The notes beneath the pieces are model-generated. The model worked only from the letters and a program-made list of their open reading frames with translations, had not been told where the DNA came from and searched no databases. Both the position numbers and the translations under genes were made by a program. From Squalus acanthias (lineage: Eukaryota), in assembly GCA_030390025.1 (NCBI GenBank), contig JASTWF010000323.1, forward strand, positions 496,001-547,757: a stretch of 51,757 nucleotides of DNA, given 5' to 3'. Below are positions 34,299-45,455 of this stretch, one piece after another. Position 1 is the first letter of the stretch; each line of letters starts with the position of its first letter.

Positions 34299-34629
34299 TT
34301 CCAGGAATTTTGAGGTATAATACTCCCTGGTAGCAGGAGGTGGCGCCATTGCCTAAATCATCCCCAATCCACCAAGAAGCCTGTTGCTGAAATGCAGCCA
34401 GCATTGACCCTCCCATTTAACAGTAACTCTGGTAACATTAGTGATGAATTTACATTGATCTCTCATTTCTTTCTGCCCCCCTCACCCTCCGCAGGTACAG
34501 ACTGTCGCTGAGGGTCGGGATCCACAGAGCTGGGCTGCATCACTGGTACCTCACCCCAAGGGCCTGCTCTCCTGTGTCAGCCCAGACACTCAGTGAAAGC
34601 ATCTACCAGCAGGTAGAACTGCTGACCAG

Positions 34630-35420
34630 GGAGAGCCAGAGAGGGAGAAAGAGTGAGAGAGCGAGAGAGGGAGAGAGAGAGAGACGGAGACTAGAGGGGG
34701 AGACACAGGAAGACAAAGATAGAGGACAGTGAAAGAAAGAGTGGGGGAGAGAGAGATGGGGCAGCGAGAGAGATAGAGAGAAAGTGACAGAAAAAGAGAC
34801 AGAGCGAGACAGAGAGAAATGGAGATAGAGAGAGGGGCAGGAAGTGAGACAGATAGAGAGAAAGTGAGACAGTGAGAGATAAAGAGAGTGAGACAAAGCG
34901 AAATGGAAATCGAGAGTGGTGAGAATGTGGAACTCGTTACCACAGGGAGTCGTTGAAGCGAATAGTACAGATGCATTGAAGGGGAGGCGAGATAAGCCGA
35001 TGAGGGAGAAAGGAATAGAGGGCTAGGCTGATAGAGTTAGATGAGGAAAGACGGGAGGAGGCTCGAGTGGAGCATAAACGCTGGCATGGACTTCTTGGGC
35101 CGAATGGCCAGTTTATGTGCTGTATATCCTATGTAATCTTATGTGGAGTGAGAGGGGCTGGGAGAGAGACAGATAGAGAGAAAGTGAGACAGTGAGAGAG
35201 AAAGAGAGAAGAAATGAGAGAGATAGAGAGTGAGGGGCCTAAAAGTAGAGACAGAGAAAGATAATGGGGGAGAGGGAGACATGTAAACAGGGAGAGAGAG
35301 AAAAAAGCAAAGAGACAGACAGAGAGTGGAGGAGAAGGAAAAAGAGACGGAGTGGCAGAGACAGAGAGAGAGGAGAGATAGATGGCAACAGACAAAAGAG
35401 GAGATGGAGACAGAGGGAGA
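34630..35420. repeat. GA-rich low-complexity tract with an embedded CR1 3' end (about 34912-35135)
   Basis: Purine-rich GAGA/GACA tracts; internal GAGAATGTGGAACTCG.TACCACAGGGAG...GGGCCGAATGGCC. Confidence 0.85.
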
Positions 35421-35714
35421 TGTGCTTCCCTCTTTGTTCTCTAAATTCCTGTGTGCTGTGGGCCCTGTCAACCATTAATGATCCTTTGACAGAATGATAT
35501 TTAATACTGAGTGTAATCTCAGGTCTTTTATCCACAATAAGTGCTGAGCTGTTGACAGCTAAACAGAAGACACTTGTTGGCAGATCAATGGATTTGTTCC
35601 AGGAAGAAAGTGGATTAATTTAAATACTCTGGGTGGTATGAGTAAAGCAGGAATTGATGTCCCGAGAGGGAGGCGGTATCACAGAGTGGAGAAGTGCAAC
35701 TGAACGCATCCCCC

Positions 35715-36310
35715 AGGATCTGTGGGAATCGGCTCAGTCCCACACACACCCTGGGGTTGGGACTCAGTCCCATACGCACCCTGGGGGATAGTTTTAGTCC
35801 CACACACACCCCGGGAGATGGACTCCGGCCCGCACACACCCTGGGGGTTGGACTCAGTCCCACACACACCCTGGGGGTTGGCTCTCAGACCCACACAAAC
35901 CCCGGGAGATGTATTTTAGTCCCGCAAACACCCTGGGCGATAGGGCTCATTTCCACACACACCCTGGGAGGTTCGGTTCCAGTCCCACACACACCCCGGG
36001 AGATGGTTTCAGTCCCGCACACACCCTGGGGGATGGATGGAGTCCCACACACACCCAGGGGTTTTGTTTCAGACCCACACACACTCTGGGAGATGTCTGT
36101 CAGTTTCGCACACACACTGGGGGCTGGAACTCAGTCTCACACACACCTTGGGCGATGGGTGACAGTCCCAAACACAACCTGGGAGATGGTATTCAGTCCC
36201 GCACACATCCTGAGGCATGGAATCAGTCCCTCACAGACCATGGGGGTATGGGACTCTGTTACACACCCTGTGAGATGGAATTCAGTGCCACACATTCCTT
36301 GGGGTTGGAG
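35715..36310. repeat. Diverged ~30-34-bp minisatellite
   Basis: Core CAGTCCCACACACACCCTGGG repeated about 18 times. Confidence 0.9.
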
Positions 36311-36604
36311 TCATTCTATCCGGCCCGCTGGACGGGGCCAGAAATAGATCGCGAGTCGGAGCTCGAGCTGCATATCAGTCTGTCAACTTTCACTTCTCGT
36401 GAGTCAGAGACCGACTCGAACTGCAGCCAGGGAACACACATTAATACTTAATTCAATTTATCAATTTGTAAAAGTGATTCTCCCCAGCCTGATCTTAAAA
36501 GTATCCGTTCCGTGATCCTGGGCCCCAATGGCGAAGGTCCGTACCCAATATGCCCTGTCCATTTTAGAGTCGAGTCACATCTGCTCATCTCGATCACACT
36601 TTCA

Positions 36605-36721
36605 CTGAAGAAAGAGAGCGGCATTGCGTCTTTCTTCTCCCGGTACCCAGAGTACGACGGCAGGGGGATTTTCATCGCCGTCGAAGACACGACAGTGAAT
36701 CCTGGAGTACATGGATTCCAG
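36605..36721 (+). pseudogene. TPP2: Orphan fragment of tripeptidyl peptidase II N-terminus
   Basis: [39 protein letters not shown] versus recalled TPP2 [39 protein letters not shown]; similarity is absent on both sides. Confidence 0.85.
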
Positions 36722-37014
36722 ATAATGGCACGCGATTGTAGTTCAGGCCTTGCAAGGCCTCGGGCTCGCGTACTCAGCATGCTGAATAGAGAAAACCTTT
36801 TGTATGGGAGGCCACGCAGAATCGAGCCGCTCTGCCAAACAGTCACGTAGACTTTTAGTACAACATATAATCGATCGATCAATCATTTAATTAATTTAGT
36901 AACAGAATATTTGACTTGACATTGCGTGTATGTAAGATAGCATCTGACGATTATCTGAATTTATTTTTTCAGGCGGCAGCAGTTGATGATTCTGCCATCC
37001 CCATTTGCAGCATT

Positions 37015-37265
37015 TAATCTCTCCTGCCTTCAATTCTAGTAGACTGGCCCTTCAGTTCCTTCCTCCCCTCCCCACCTTTCCCTGCCTCTGCAATTGCTTA
37101 AAACCTGTGACATCTCCAACGTTTTCCAATTCTGACGAAGGGTCACAGACCTGAAACGTTAAATCTGTTCCTCTCTCCACAGATGCTGCCTGGCCTGCTG
37201 AGTGTTTCAAGCATTTTCTGTATTTATTTCAGATTTCCAGCATCCGCAGTATTTTGCTATTGTAT
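37015..37265 (+). mobile_element. Penelope-like element terminal (pLTR) fragment
   Basis: TCTGACGAAGGGTC...GAAACGTT...CCACAGATGCTGCCTGGCCTGCTGAG...CAGATTTCCAGCATC; related to 45723-45824. Confidence 0.75.
37128..37164 (+). ncRNA. Minimal type I hammerhead ribozyme motif (degenerate stem I)
   Basis: CTGACGA-A-GGGTC(ACA)GACCT-GAAA-CG-TT. Confidence 0.6.
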
Positions 37266-38128
37266 TATTTTTATGATTATTGGGAGGGTAGAAGTGGGAC
37301 TCATGACCAAAACTATGAGTTGCCCTGTTTCACATTTACCAATTTAACTCTTTGCTCTCACCAATGAATGTTAGTGGGGTCAATAATTCTTGCAAAATTA
37401 TTCACCCGTTTTATTATCCCACTTAATTAGCATAACGGGCATAACTAAACGGACCCGGGTATATTGGACATTGCACTCGCTGTTTATAATTTAAGCCCTT
37501 TTTCCCTTTGCCATGAACAATTTATGTTTGTCATGACTGGAAGAAGGTTGGAGAGATTTATGTCGTTGGCCAGTCCCAATATTAAATAGCACTCGGGGAT
37601 GAACTGTGCATTATAATGGTGCATTACTTGTGGCCATTCTCAAGTGAAAGTTCACAAAACTTATCAGCATCTTGGCTATTCTCAGGAGTGATCGCACGTT
37701 GACAATGAACAAGCTCAATTTTGATGGCTGACCTGGGACGCAATCTGCGGATTAAATCATTTTCAGAATCACCTCATTATTTCTCAGCGAGGTTTCAAAA
37801 GCATCAAGTAGCACTTTCAGGTGCAATTTTTAAAGGTTGTATCAATGATTTTATCCCTGATTGTGCCTTATACCATGGTTATAATTGCCAGCGGAAGCAG
37901 AGTCGATCGCTCATTTTCCACTATAAGACTGAATTGAGACCATTTGGAATAAACAGACCGAGCACTTTTCAAAGTGACTCGTGAACCTGCATCATGTTGG
38001 TTAGCCTGTTAATAAGTGTTGTTATTTTTAGTCAGTGTGGAAACGGCATGAAGGGTTCTTTATACAATAAATGCCAGAACTAATTTTAATGGTAGCTGTG
38101 GTGAACACAATTCATTTTATTTGTGCGG

Positions 38129-38263
38129 CAATGTTCCCTCTAATTATTTTTTGTGCGCGGTCCCTTTAAATTTGCTGTATCTCTTCCAGCGGCAGGAGCT
38201 GGTGAGCGGCCTGCACGTGACCTCGCCATTGGTCCGCGGCCGCGCACCTTCGGGGGAACATTG
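38129..38263. mobile_element. 135-bp hAT-like MITE
   Basis: TIRs CAATGTTCCCTCTAA / TTCGGGGGAACATTG; 8-bp TSD TTGTGCGG / GTGTGCGG. Confidence 0.8.
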
Positions 38264-38329
38264 GTGTGCGGCCCTCAACAGCTCAACAAAACTTGTTAAC
38301 TGGCCCTCCAGCACAAATAATTGCCTGCC

Positions 38330-38422
38330 CCTGCTCTGCACTGTCCCATCAAAGACTCCCAGGGGTAGTTATAGTACGGATTAGATACAGAGTAAAGCTT
38401 CCTCTGCACTGTCCCATCAAAC
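38330..38422. repeat. ~65-bp CTGTCCCATCAAAC satellite, about 1.4 units
   Basis: Same unit as 45265-45455. Confidence 0.8.
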
Positions 38423-38722
38423 GGTCTGTGGGTCTAATTCAAAGTTGGCCGCTTCCAATCTGCCTGAACAAACCCGTCCAACTGAGATATCTTGAACCCC
38501 GACCGGCCAGAATGTTGACACTCTGGGACACCTGTCTTATCTCAGTACCTTTCTGAATGTATTAGGCACTTGCAGAGATTCCCTGCAGCGGTTTCCTATT
38601 CCCATTTCTTGCGATTTTCAAATCTTCTCAGCCTCATTCCACCCCCGAACCCCTACCCTCGGGCACACTCATCCTAAAAAGAAACAAGATACGGATCTGA
38701 AGCTGTGATCAATGCAGTCAGT

Positions 38723-38728
38723 TTTATT
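38723..38728 (-). terminator. Polyadenylation signal of the beta-defensin gene
   Basis: AATAAA on the minus strand about 150 nt after the stop; conserved in the paralogue near 46752. Confidence 0.7.
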
Positions 38729-38880
38729 TCTGATTACAGCCCATTATTCTGATAGCAGTAATACAGGGGCAGGGGGAACGGGACCTAAACAATCAAACAG
38801 AGCCTGCTTCCCGTGAAGGAAGGTTTCATTCAGTGAGAACGTGGAGAGCTCGGGCTGGTGGGAATCCATCACTGGATCTT

Positions 38881-38996
38881 TCACTGTTTCGGAAAGCAAC
38901 ATCGGACCCCAGGGTAGCAGCCTAGGTTTCTGGCATGCACCTCGCTTGTGTTACAGTCGCCCTCACGACACTCTCCTCCATACCAGTTGCAGAGCA
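38881..38996 (-). CDS. Beta-defensin exon 2 (mature peptide)
   Basis: Acceptor TTTTGTATTTTAG, phase 1, then (V)LCNWYGGECREGDCNTSEVHARNLGCYPGVRCCFPKQ*; Cys spacing C-x6-C-x4-C-x11-C-x5-CC. Confidence 0.92.
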
Positions 38997-39339
38997 CTAA
39001 AATACAAAATGATGAATTGATTAATGGTTCTTTACACAGAGGGAGGGAGAACAATGAGAAAACATGACGCTGAGTCTGTCAGTGTTACTGGGACTGACTC
39101 TGGACCACACATGAACCTTAACTCTTCTATGATTAATGAAACTCCACACCACTCCCCCTCGCCTGACATGTACAGGCTCAATATTTGTCCTGAAGCGCAG
39201 CCCAAGGGGTTTTCCTCAGAATGGAGTCCACCACACCCGCTATCTGAGACCAGGGACACAGAGAATTAGGATCTGACATTGATATAGAAACTTTCCCGGC
39301 ACCAGAAGGGCCTAAAGAGATTCACAGACAATGGATTGG

Positions 39340-39680
39340 TTCTGAAGTGCCGACACTGTTCTGTCGGAAATGCGGCAGCCAATTAGCTCACAGCAAAGTC
39401 CCACAAACAGCAAATGAGATTTGACAGTATGGGGAGTCTCTGCTCATGTTGGTTGAGAGAGTGATGTTGGTCCAAGACACCGGGAGAACTCCCAGCTCTT
39501 CAAATAATGCCATCAGGTGTTTCCTGCCCCATGAACAGGTAGAGTGTCGCCGTTTAACATTTCATTTCCAACATGACACCTCAGACAGTGCAGCACTCCC
39601 CCAGTGCTGTCTGTTTGTACTGGACTGGGGCATCAACCCACAACTTGTTCACTCAACTCCCAACTGAGCCAAACTGACAC
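39340..39680 (-). mobile_element. Degenerate Deu-domain SINE in the defensin intron
   Basis: GCGGCAGCCAATT...CCCACAAACAGCAA...GACACCGGGAGAACTCCC...GACAGTGCAGCACTCCC is the reverse complement of parts of 1455-1926. Confidence 0.7.
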
Positions 39681-40374
39681 CCAGCTACTGACAATTGATC
39701 ATTTCACCGCTTGCCTCCTCTACTTAGACCATGTTCTCAAATCCCGATCTCCATGAAGGTTGCAGAATTATTCCAATTAAATAAACCTGTTTTGAAACCC
39801 TTTTGATCCCATTCCCTGCAGTCATGTTATGAAAAGCTGACTCATGTCTGGGGACCGGTTCCACAGACACCTCCAGTATCGCTCCCAATTCACCATTCTT
39901 CATCTGTGAGACTGGACAGTGAGTGTGGGGGAGAGGGACTGAAGGAACTCCCGCTCCTGTCCTCACAGAGTCCGCACACTCACACTTTGCAGCAGGTAGC
40001 AGTGATTGAGAGCAGCAACTGGGAGTTTCCCCTCCGTATTACCCGGGTACTGAGGCCAATTACAGACTCACCCAACCGGGTCCATGCTCCGGCTGAGATC
40101 CGCCCACTCGGCCCCGGCCAGTAATTTGTGCTTTTATTGCTGGTCTGTTTGGATCAGCAAACACCCACCATTCCCTCGACCCACTGAGGTTCCCGCTGAA
40201 TGTTCGGGGGATTTACCCGTGGAACTGGTTCAGATTAAATTCTTCAGACTTTCTTACAATCTCACAATCACCTTCACTCAACCAATCAAACCGTGACATT
40301 CAAACAGAGAGTAAAATAGTTTTAAAAATTAAAGCTGTCTGAACACTGGTTGCTGATAGACCGGATAAATGTAC

Positions 40375-40456
40375 CTCTAGGATGCTCCCCCATAGCAGGG
40401 CTGGGCTGAGTCAGCACCAGGAATCCAAGAAGCAAGAGGAGAGCTTTCATCATCAT
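40375..40456 (-). CDS. Beta-defensin exon 1 (signal peptide and short pro-piece)
   Basis: MMMKALLLLLGFLVLTQPSPAMGEHPR plus 1 nt (82 nt), GT donor, phase 1, in frame with exon 2. Confidence 0.88.
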
Positions 40457-40531
40457 CTTCTGTGGCATTTTCCAGAGTCCGGTTCAGGCGGCTGGAGAAA
40501 TGTTCTGACTCCGGACTCAGAGTTTGCTGCA

Positions 40532-40537
40532 TTTATA
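40532..40537 (-). promoter_or_regulatory. TATA box of the beta-defensin gene
   Basis: TATAAA on the minus strand about 76 nt upstream of the first ATG. Confidence 0.7.
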
Positions 40538-40734
40538 ATCTCACACACACGGGGAGTGGCTCTGCTCTCTGGAAATATCCTGGGAAAAGGCGTTTTCTTT
40601 CTGTGTGACGTGGATCAGTTGGCAGCTGGACCCAGTTGGCAGTTCTCGATCTTTCAGAAGACAAGGTTGTGTGTTTGGGCTGAACTCCAGGACTTAACTC
40701 CTGAGCTCAGCTGGCATGATGCGGCAGGTACACA

Positions 40735-40866
40735 AACATTATGGGAATCAGGCGGGGAAGTGGAGTTGAGGTCGAAGATCAGCCATGGTATTATTGAATG
40801 GTGGAGCAGGTTCGAAGGGCCGTATGGCCAACTCCTGCTCCTAATTCTTATCTCCTTATGTTCTTA
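40735..40866 (+). mobile_element. Short CR1 3' UTR fragment
   Basis: GATCAGCCATG..TTATTGAATGGTGGAGCAGG.TCGA.GGGCCG.ATGGCC.ACTCCTGCTCCTA...TATGTTCTTA. Confidence 0.75.
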
Positions 40867-40891
40867 ACAGGACATTTAACCCATCAAACCT

Positions 40892-42130
40892 AGGCCTAGA
40901 AATTGGATATGGCCCGAAAATGGGCGGTGTCATGGCCCAGTGCTGTTTGGCTGCGCCCGTTCAAAGTGGTCCAGGCAGACTGCAAAATTCATGCTGCCTG
41001 CTCATTTACATGATTGTAGTGCTGATGTCAGCGCTAAACGCGCTGCTGATTGGCTTACCACTCAACAGCTGGGCTAATATCGGGTGCAGTCTAATGGCCT
41101 GTAATGTCTGGCCCCGTCTTTCTGCACTACTTAAAGGGGAGGTGCTTTGATGCAGCAGCAGCTCCTTGTCACTGCAGTAGGAGTTGGAATTGCAGTAATG
41201 AGAACGAGCCACAAGGTCCTCCGATTCGGTTCTGGAGGCATTGGTCGTGGCAGTGGAAGGAGGCGGGCTGACCTGTTCCCGCAGGGTGGCAGGAAGCCAT
41301 CAGTGCACACTTCCAGAAGGCTGTGACAGGAGATAGCTGGGTACGTCACGGCCAACAGTGTCGTGTCACGGCCAACAGTGTCGTAGCATGAACATGGACC
41401 CACTGCCGCAAGAAGATTAATGACCTCACAAGGCAGGTCAAGGTGAGTGAAGGCTTCAGCAAATTCCATATCCCACCATCTGCACCACAAGCCTCAGACA
41501 CAGCTCAATGCACCACACCCCCATCACTCACCTACCTACCACCACTCAGACCCCACAATCATAGCTTCACTTCACCCTCACAACCTTACCACTGCTGCAA
41601 CACTCACACCCACATCTCACACCTTGCACACACCGACAGCTATTCAACTATGGCAGGCACATCACCCAAACACTCACTGACACACTTTCCCTTCTCTTGC
41701 AGGCCAAGGTGGCTCACAACCGCCGCAAGCAGCGGCAGACGGGAGACGGCCAAGCCGCTGTACAGACCTCTGCCAACTGGAGGAGACAGTGCTCGACATC
41801 ATTGAAGGGGAAGTCACCGAGGCCGCGACAACGCGATGTTGAAGCCCTTGGGGACAATAACGCTATGCTCATTCCTAATCCTTCTTCTCATATCCCACAT
41901 CCCCTCATCCCTCAACCTCTTCTCACTGACTAGCTGCTGATGCTGTATACAAGGAGATCTTGCTTTCCCCCTCCCCTCACCATAACCCGACTCTTGTGTC
42001 TGTCTGCTTTCAGATGAACAAGATCTGCCACCCGCATAGCCTGTCCCCGAAGTATTGGAGATGAAGAAGGTGGCACACGACACTGCATCTGACACAAGAC
42101 ACCAGCTCAGAAACTGGCACTGCACAGAAG
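40892..42130 (+). mobile_element. PIF/Harbinger-like transposon fragment with spliced Myb/SANT-like gene relic
   Basis: Left end AGGCCTAGAAATTGG resembles the MITE TIRs; SDSVLEALV...RRADLFP...QEIA..V...TWTHCRKKINDL, intron 41443-41702 (GTGAGT...TTGCAG), then AKVAHNRRKQRQTGDG. Confidence 0.75.
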
Positions 42131-42552
42131 GTAGAGGGCAATATAGATGCGGGATATGCACATGGTGCCAAGAAACACACACAAACATGTACAGACATTG
42201 CTATGCATACATGTACAGACAGTCACATACACAGGCTCGTCCAGATAGGCACACACAGACTGAGCAGGAGGGAGAGGGTTAAGGTTGTAGGTGGATTGAA
42301 ATCAGTGACAGAGAGATTTTAAACAGGCTTCTAAATGCACTTGTTTGGCACGTAACAGTCAGTCTGCCGATTTAGGGCCCAGTGTGGTACAAATCTGACC
42401 TCTCACTGAGGACTGTGTTTGAACTCCCCACATTCATTTTACACAAGATCTTCAGATCAGTAGGGGTGAAAGGTCAGAGTTTTGACCCTCTGACACCCAG
42501 CCCAATGCTGAAGATTATTTCGAGTGCTGTACCGTGTCCAGTCAGAATTCAC

Positions 42553-44450
42553 CGTAGAATTACATCAAATTTACAGCACAGAAACAGGCCATTCAGCCCA
42601 ACAGGTCCATGCCGGTGTTTATGCTCCACACGAGCCTCCTCTTCCCTTACTTCACCTCACCCTATCATATCCTTCGATTCATTTCTCCCTCATGTACTTA
42701 TCTAGCTTCCCCTGAAAGGCACTCTGCTATTCAACTCAACTACTCCATGTGACAGCAAGCTCTACATTCTGACCACTCTCTGGGTGAAGCGGTTTCTCCT
42801 GAGTTCATTATTGGATTTATTAGTGACTATCTTATGTTTATGACCCCTAGTTTTGGATTCCCCACACATGGTAACATCTTTTCTACATCCACCCTATCAA
42901 ACCCCTTCATAATTATCAAGATCTCTATTAGATCATCGCTCAGCCTTCTCTATTCCAGAGAAAGAGCCCCAGCATGGTCAGTCATTCTGGATACTTGGAA
43001 CCTCTCAGTTCTGGTATAATGCTTGTAAATCTTTTTTGCACCTTCTCCAGTGTCTCAATATACTTTTCGTAATATGGAGACCAGAACTGTACACAGTACT
43101 CCAATTGTGGTCTAACCAAGGTTCTATACACGGTTAACATAACTGCTCTGCTTTTCAAATCTCTTATTCTAGAAATGAACCCCAGTGCTTTGCTTGCATT
43201 TTTATGGCCTTGTTAACCTGATTTTAATGATTTGTGCATCTGTTCCTCTAGATCCATTTACTCCTTTACCCCATTTAGACACTTACTATCCAAGGAGTGT
43301 GTGGCCTCCTTATTCCTCCTACCAAAATGCACCACCTCACACCTCTCTATATTGAAATTAATGTGCCATTTACACGCCCATCATCCAAGTTTAACATCTT
43401 GTATTGTCACAATCCTCATCAGTATTAATTAAAATACCACATTTGGGGTCATCCACAAATTTTGAAATTGTGCCAACAATTCAGAGTAAATATATTGGTG
43501 CCTCTGCTATCTCTTCCCTTGCTTCGTTTAGTATGTGTAAATTAATGCATCCAGACCTGCCATTTTATCCTCGCTAACTTTTGCTAGTTTATCAATTCTT
43601 TTTCCCTTTCAATTTTAAAGGTCTTGATATCTTTTTTGATCTCTTCTTGCAACATCATATCCACCTTGTTCGTCGACCAGGTTAAAAACTGAGGCATTTT
43701 CTGCCATTTCGCTGTCATTACCGGAGAGTTTATCTTGTGCATCTTTTAGTGGTTCTGTCCCTATCCTGTTTTATCTTTTGTTTTGTGTGTCTGTAGATTA
43801 TTTTTTACTATTTATTTTTATATTACTTGATAATTTAATGTTGCAGTTTCTTTTCGCCTTCCTAATTGTTTTTTTTTTTTTACTTCTTTCCCAACCTCTT
43901 CCTATTCCCTTTTGTCATCCTTTCATTTTTGATCACTGTACTCAGTGTCTGCCTTTTTCTTTAATTTTAATTTTGCCCATATCTCTTTATTCATCCCTGG
44001 TGTTTCATTATTGGTCAGTTTGATCTTGTTCATTTTAGTGGAATATATTTCTCCTGAATTCTATTGATCACATTTTAAATATTTCCCACTGCTGTTCTCT
44101 CTCATTGTCTGTCTCTTCCGTTCCAGCTTATCTTCACTGCTCCATTCACATCACCTCAATCAGCTTTTTCCAAACGATTATTTTGTCTTTCTCAATCATT
44201 ATTACTAAGTTGTGATCGATACTCTCCAGATTTTCACCTAAGCTCACTTCTCTTATCTGCTCTGGTTCATCTCCCATTATAGATCCATCAGTGATTCCTC
44301 TCTTGTTGGGCTTCTTACGTACTGGGTAAGAAAGGAGTCCTGAACACACTGTAAATACTCCATTCCCTTTTCCCCTTTCCCTACCTCTTCTTGACAGATT
44401 ATTTGGTGTTGTTTAAATCTCCTATGATTATTATATGTATTTTACACATT
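42553..44450 (-). mobile_element. Old, deleted CR1 LINE
   Basis: 3' tail TAGAATTACATC; contains CCAGAACTGTACACAGTACTCCAATTGTGGTCT (RPQLEYCVQFW reversed); upstream part is highly degenerate. Confidence 0.8.
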
Positions 44451-44464
44451 TGATAGGTTTTTAC

Positions 44465-44840
44465 AGACACAGGCTGACAAAAATATTGAAAAACAAGGCC
44501 CAGTAGATTTAGAGAGGAGCACATCAGAGGCAAAGTGCACATAAGCGGGCGGAGAAGTCAGTGGACGATGACATGTAATAAAATGAATTCAGGAGAAGGG
44601 CTGAATGCGATATGGCGGCAGAGGTGCAGCAGAAGTTAGAACCAAAAGCAAGCTTCCCTCTCGATTATCAAATCTGGCAAATCCTGGACAGCTCCTTTTA
44701 AACCTGGAGGTGCAGAAGCCGTGATCAGCTCATGTAATGTGTTCAGAGCACAGGCCGGGCTCTGTGTTAAAGTGGTTGTGTTCAGATAGTGCTGGTACGT
44801 GAGGAATCTAGACTGAGAAGGTAGAAACTGAGAGGGGGAG
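44465..44840 (+). repeat. Segmental duplicate of 51320-51700
   Basis: TGAAAAACAAGGCCCAGTAGATTTA...GCAGAAGC.GTGATCAGCTCATG.AATGTGTTCAGAGCAC is shared. Confidence 0.9.
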
Positions 44841-44955
44841 GGGGGGAGGAGGGAGACTGAGAGTCAAAAAGAGGGACCAAGTGGAAGTGAAGAGAAAGGC
44901 TGAAAGAGTAAAACACCGAGGCAGAGAGAAAGATGAGAGAGGTAGAGCAAGGGTG

Positions 44956-44958
<3 letters not shown>

Positions 44959-45019
<61 letters not shown>
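44959..45019. repeat. (GA)n microsatellite
   Basis: About 30 perfect GA units. Confidence 0.97.
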
Positions 45020-45020
<1 letters not shown>

Positions 45021-45264
45021 CATAGTAAAAGAGAAAGAGTCTGAGAGAGAGATTTGTTTTAAATCGCTACTTCTCTGTTCAGTTTAATATTTCTCGAAGT
45101 TTATATTATGCTATAATATGAGATCGATGTCAGGTTATATTCACTAACTTTAAAGCAATGAGATTTTGTTCAGTCAGTACAGGTTTTGAGACCGGGACTG
45201 ACTTCAGAGCAGGTGATCCAGCAGATCCGAGTTATACTGCCAGCTTCACATGGGTCTCTGGTCA

Positions 45265-45455
45265 AACTCCCTCTACACTGTCCCATCAAACACTCACAGG
45301 GCAGGCACTGCACGGGACAGATACAGAGTAAAGCTCCCGCTACACTGTCCCATCAAACACTCCCAGGGCAGGTACAGCACGGGTTAGATACAGAGTAAAG
45401 CTCCCTCTATACTTTCCCATCCAACACACCCAGGGCAGGCACTGCACGGGTTAGG
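45265..45455. repeat. 65-bp satellite, about 3 units
   Basis: CTACACTGTCCCATCAAACACTCCCAGGGCAGGTACAGCACGGGTTAGATACAGAGTAAAGCTCC. Confidence 0.9.

Noticed and set aside
34450..34500. Polypyrimidine tract plus CAG resembling a splice acceptor
   Set aside because: No recognisable coding exon or convincing donor follows.
34590..35535. Ser/Leu-rich membrane-like ORFs
   Set aside because: Translation of GA/TC low-complexity sequence.
35615..36451. His/Thr/Pro-rich ORFs resembling zinc-finger linkers
   Set aside because: No C2H2 spacing; they derive from the CACACACCC minisatellite.
36512..36850. 112-aa ORF as a functional TPP2 gene
   Set aside because: Only 39 codons match, the start and donor are lost, and no further exons were seen.
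39894..39903. Possible 10-nt middle exon of the defensin (AG|ATGAAGAATG|GT)
   Set aside because: Exons 1 and 2 already join in frame and adding 10 nt would shift the frame; the region loosely resembles 34510-34600 and may be an old repeat.
40571..40580. NF-kB-like site GGAAATATCC upstream of the defensin TATA box
   Set aside because: Imperfect match to GGGRNNYYCC; too weak to call without conservation or binding data.
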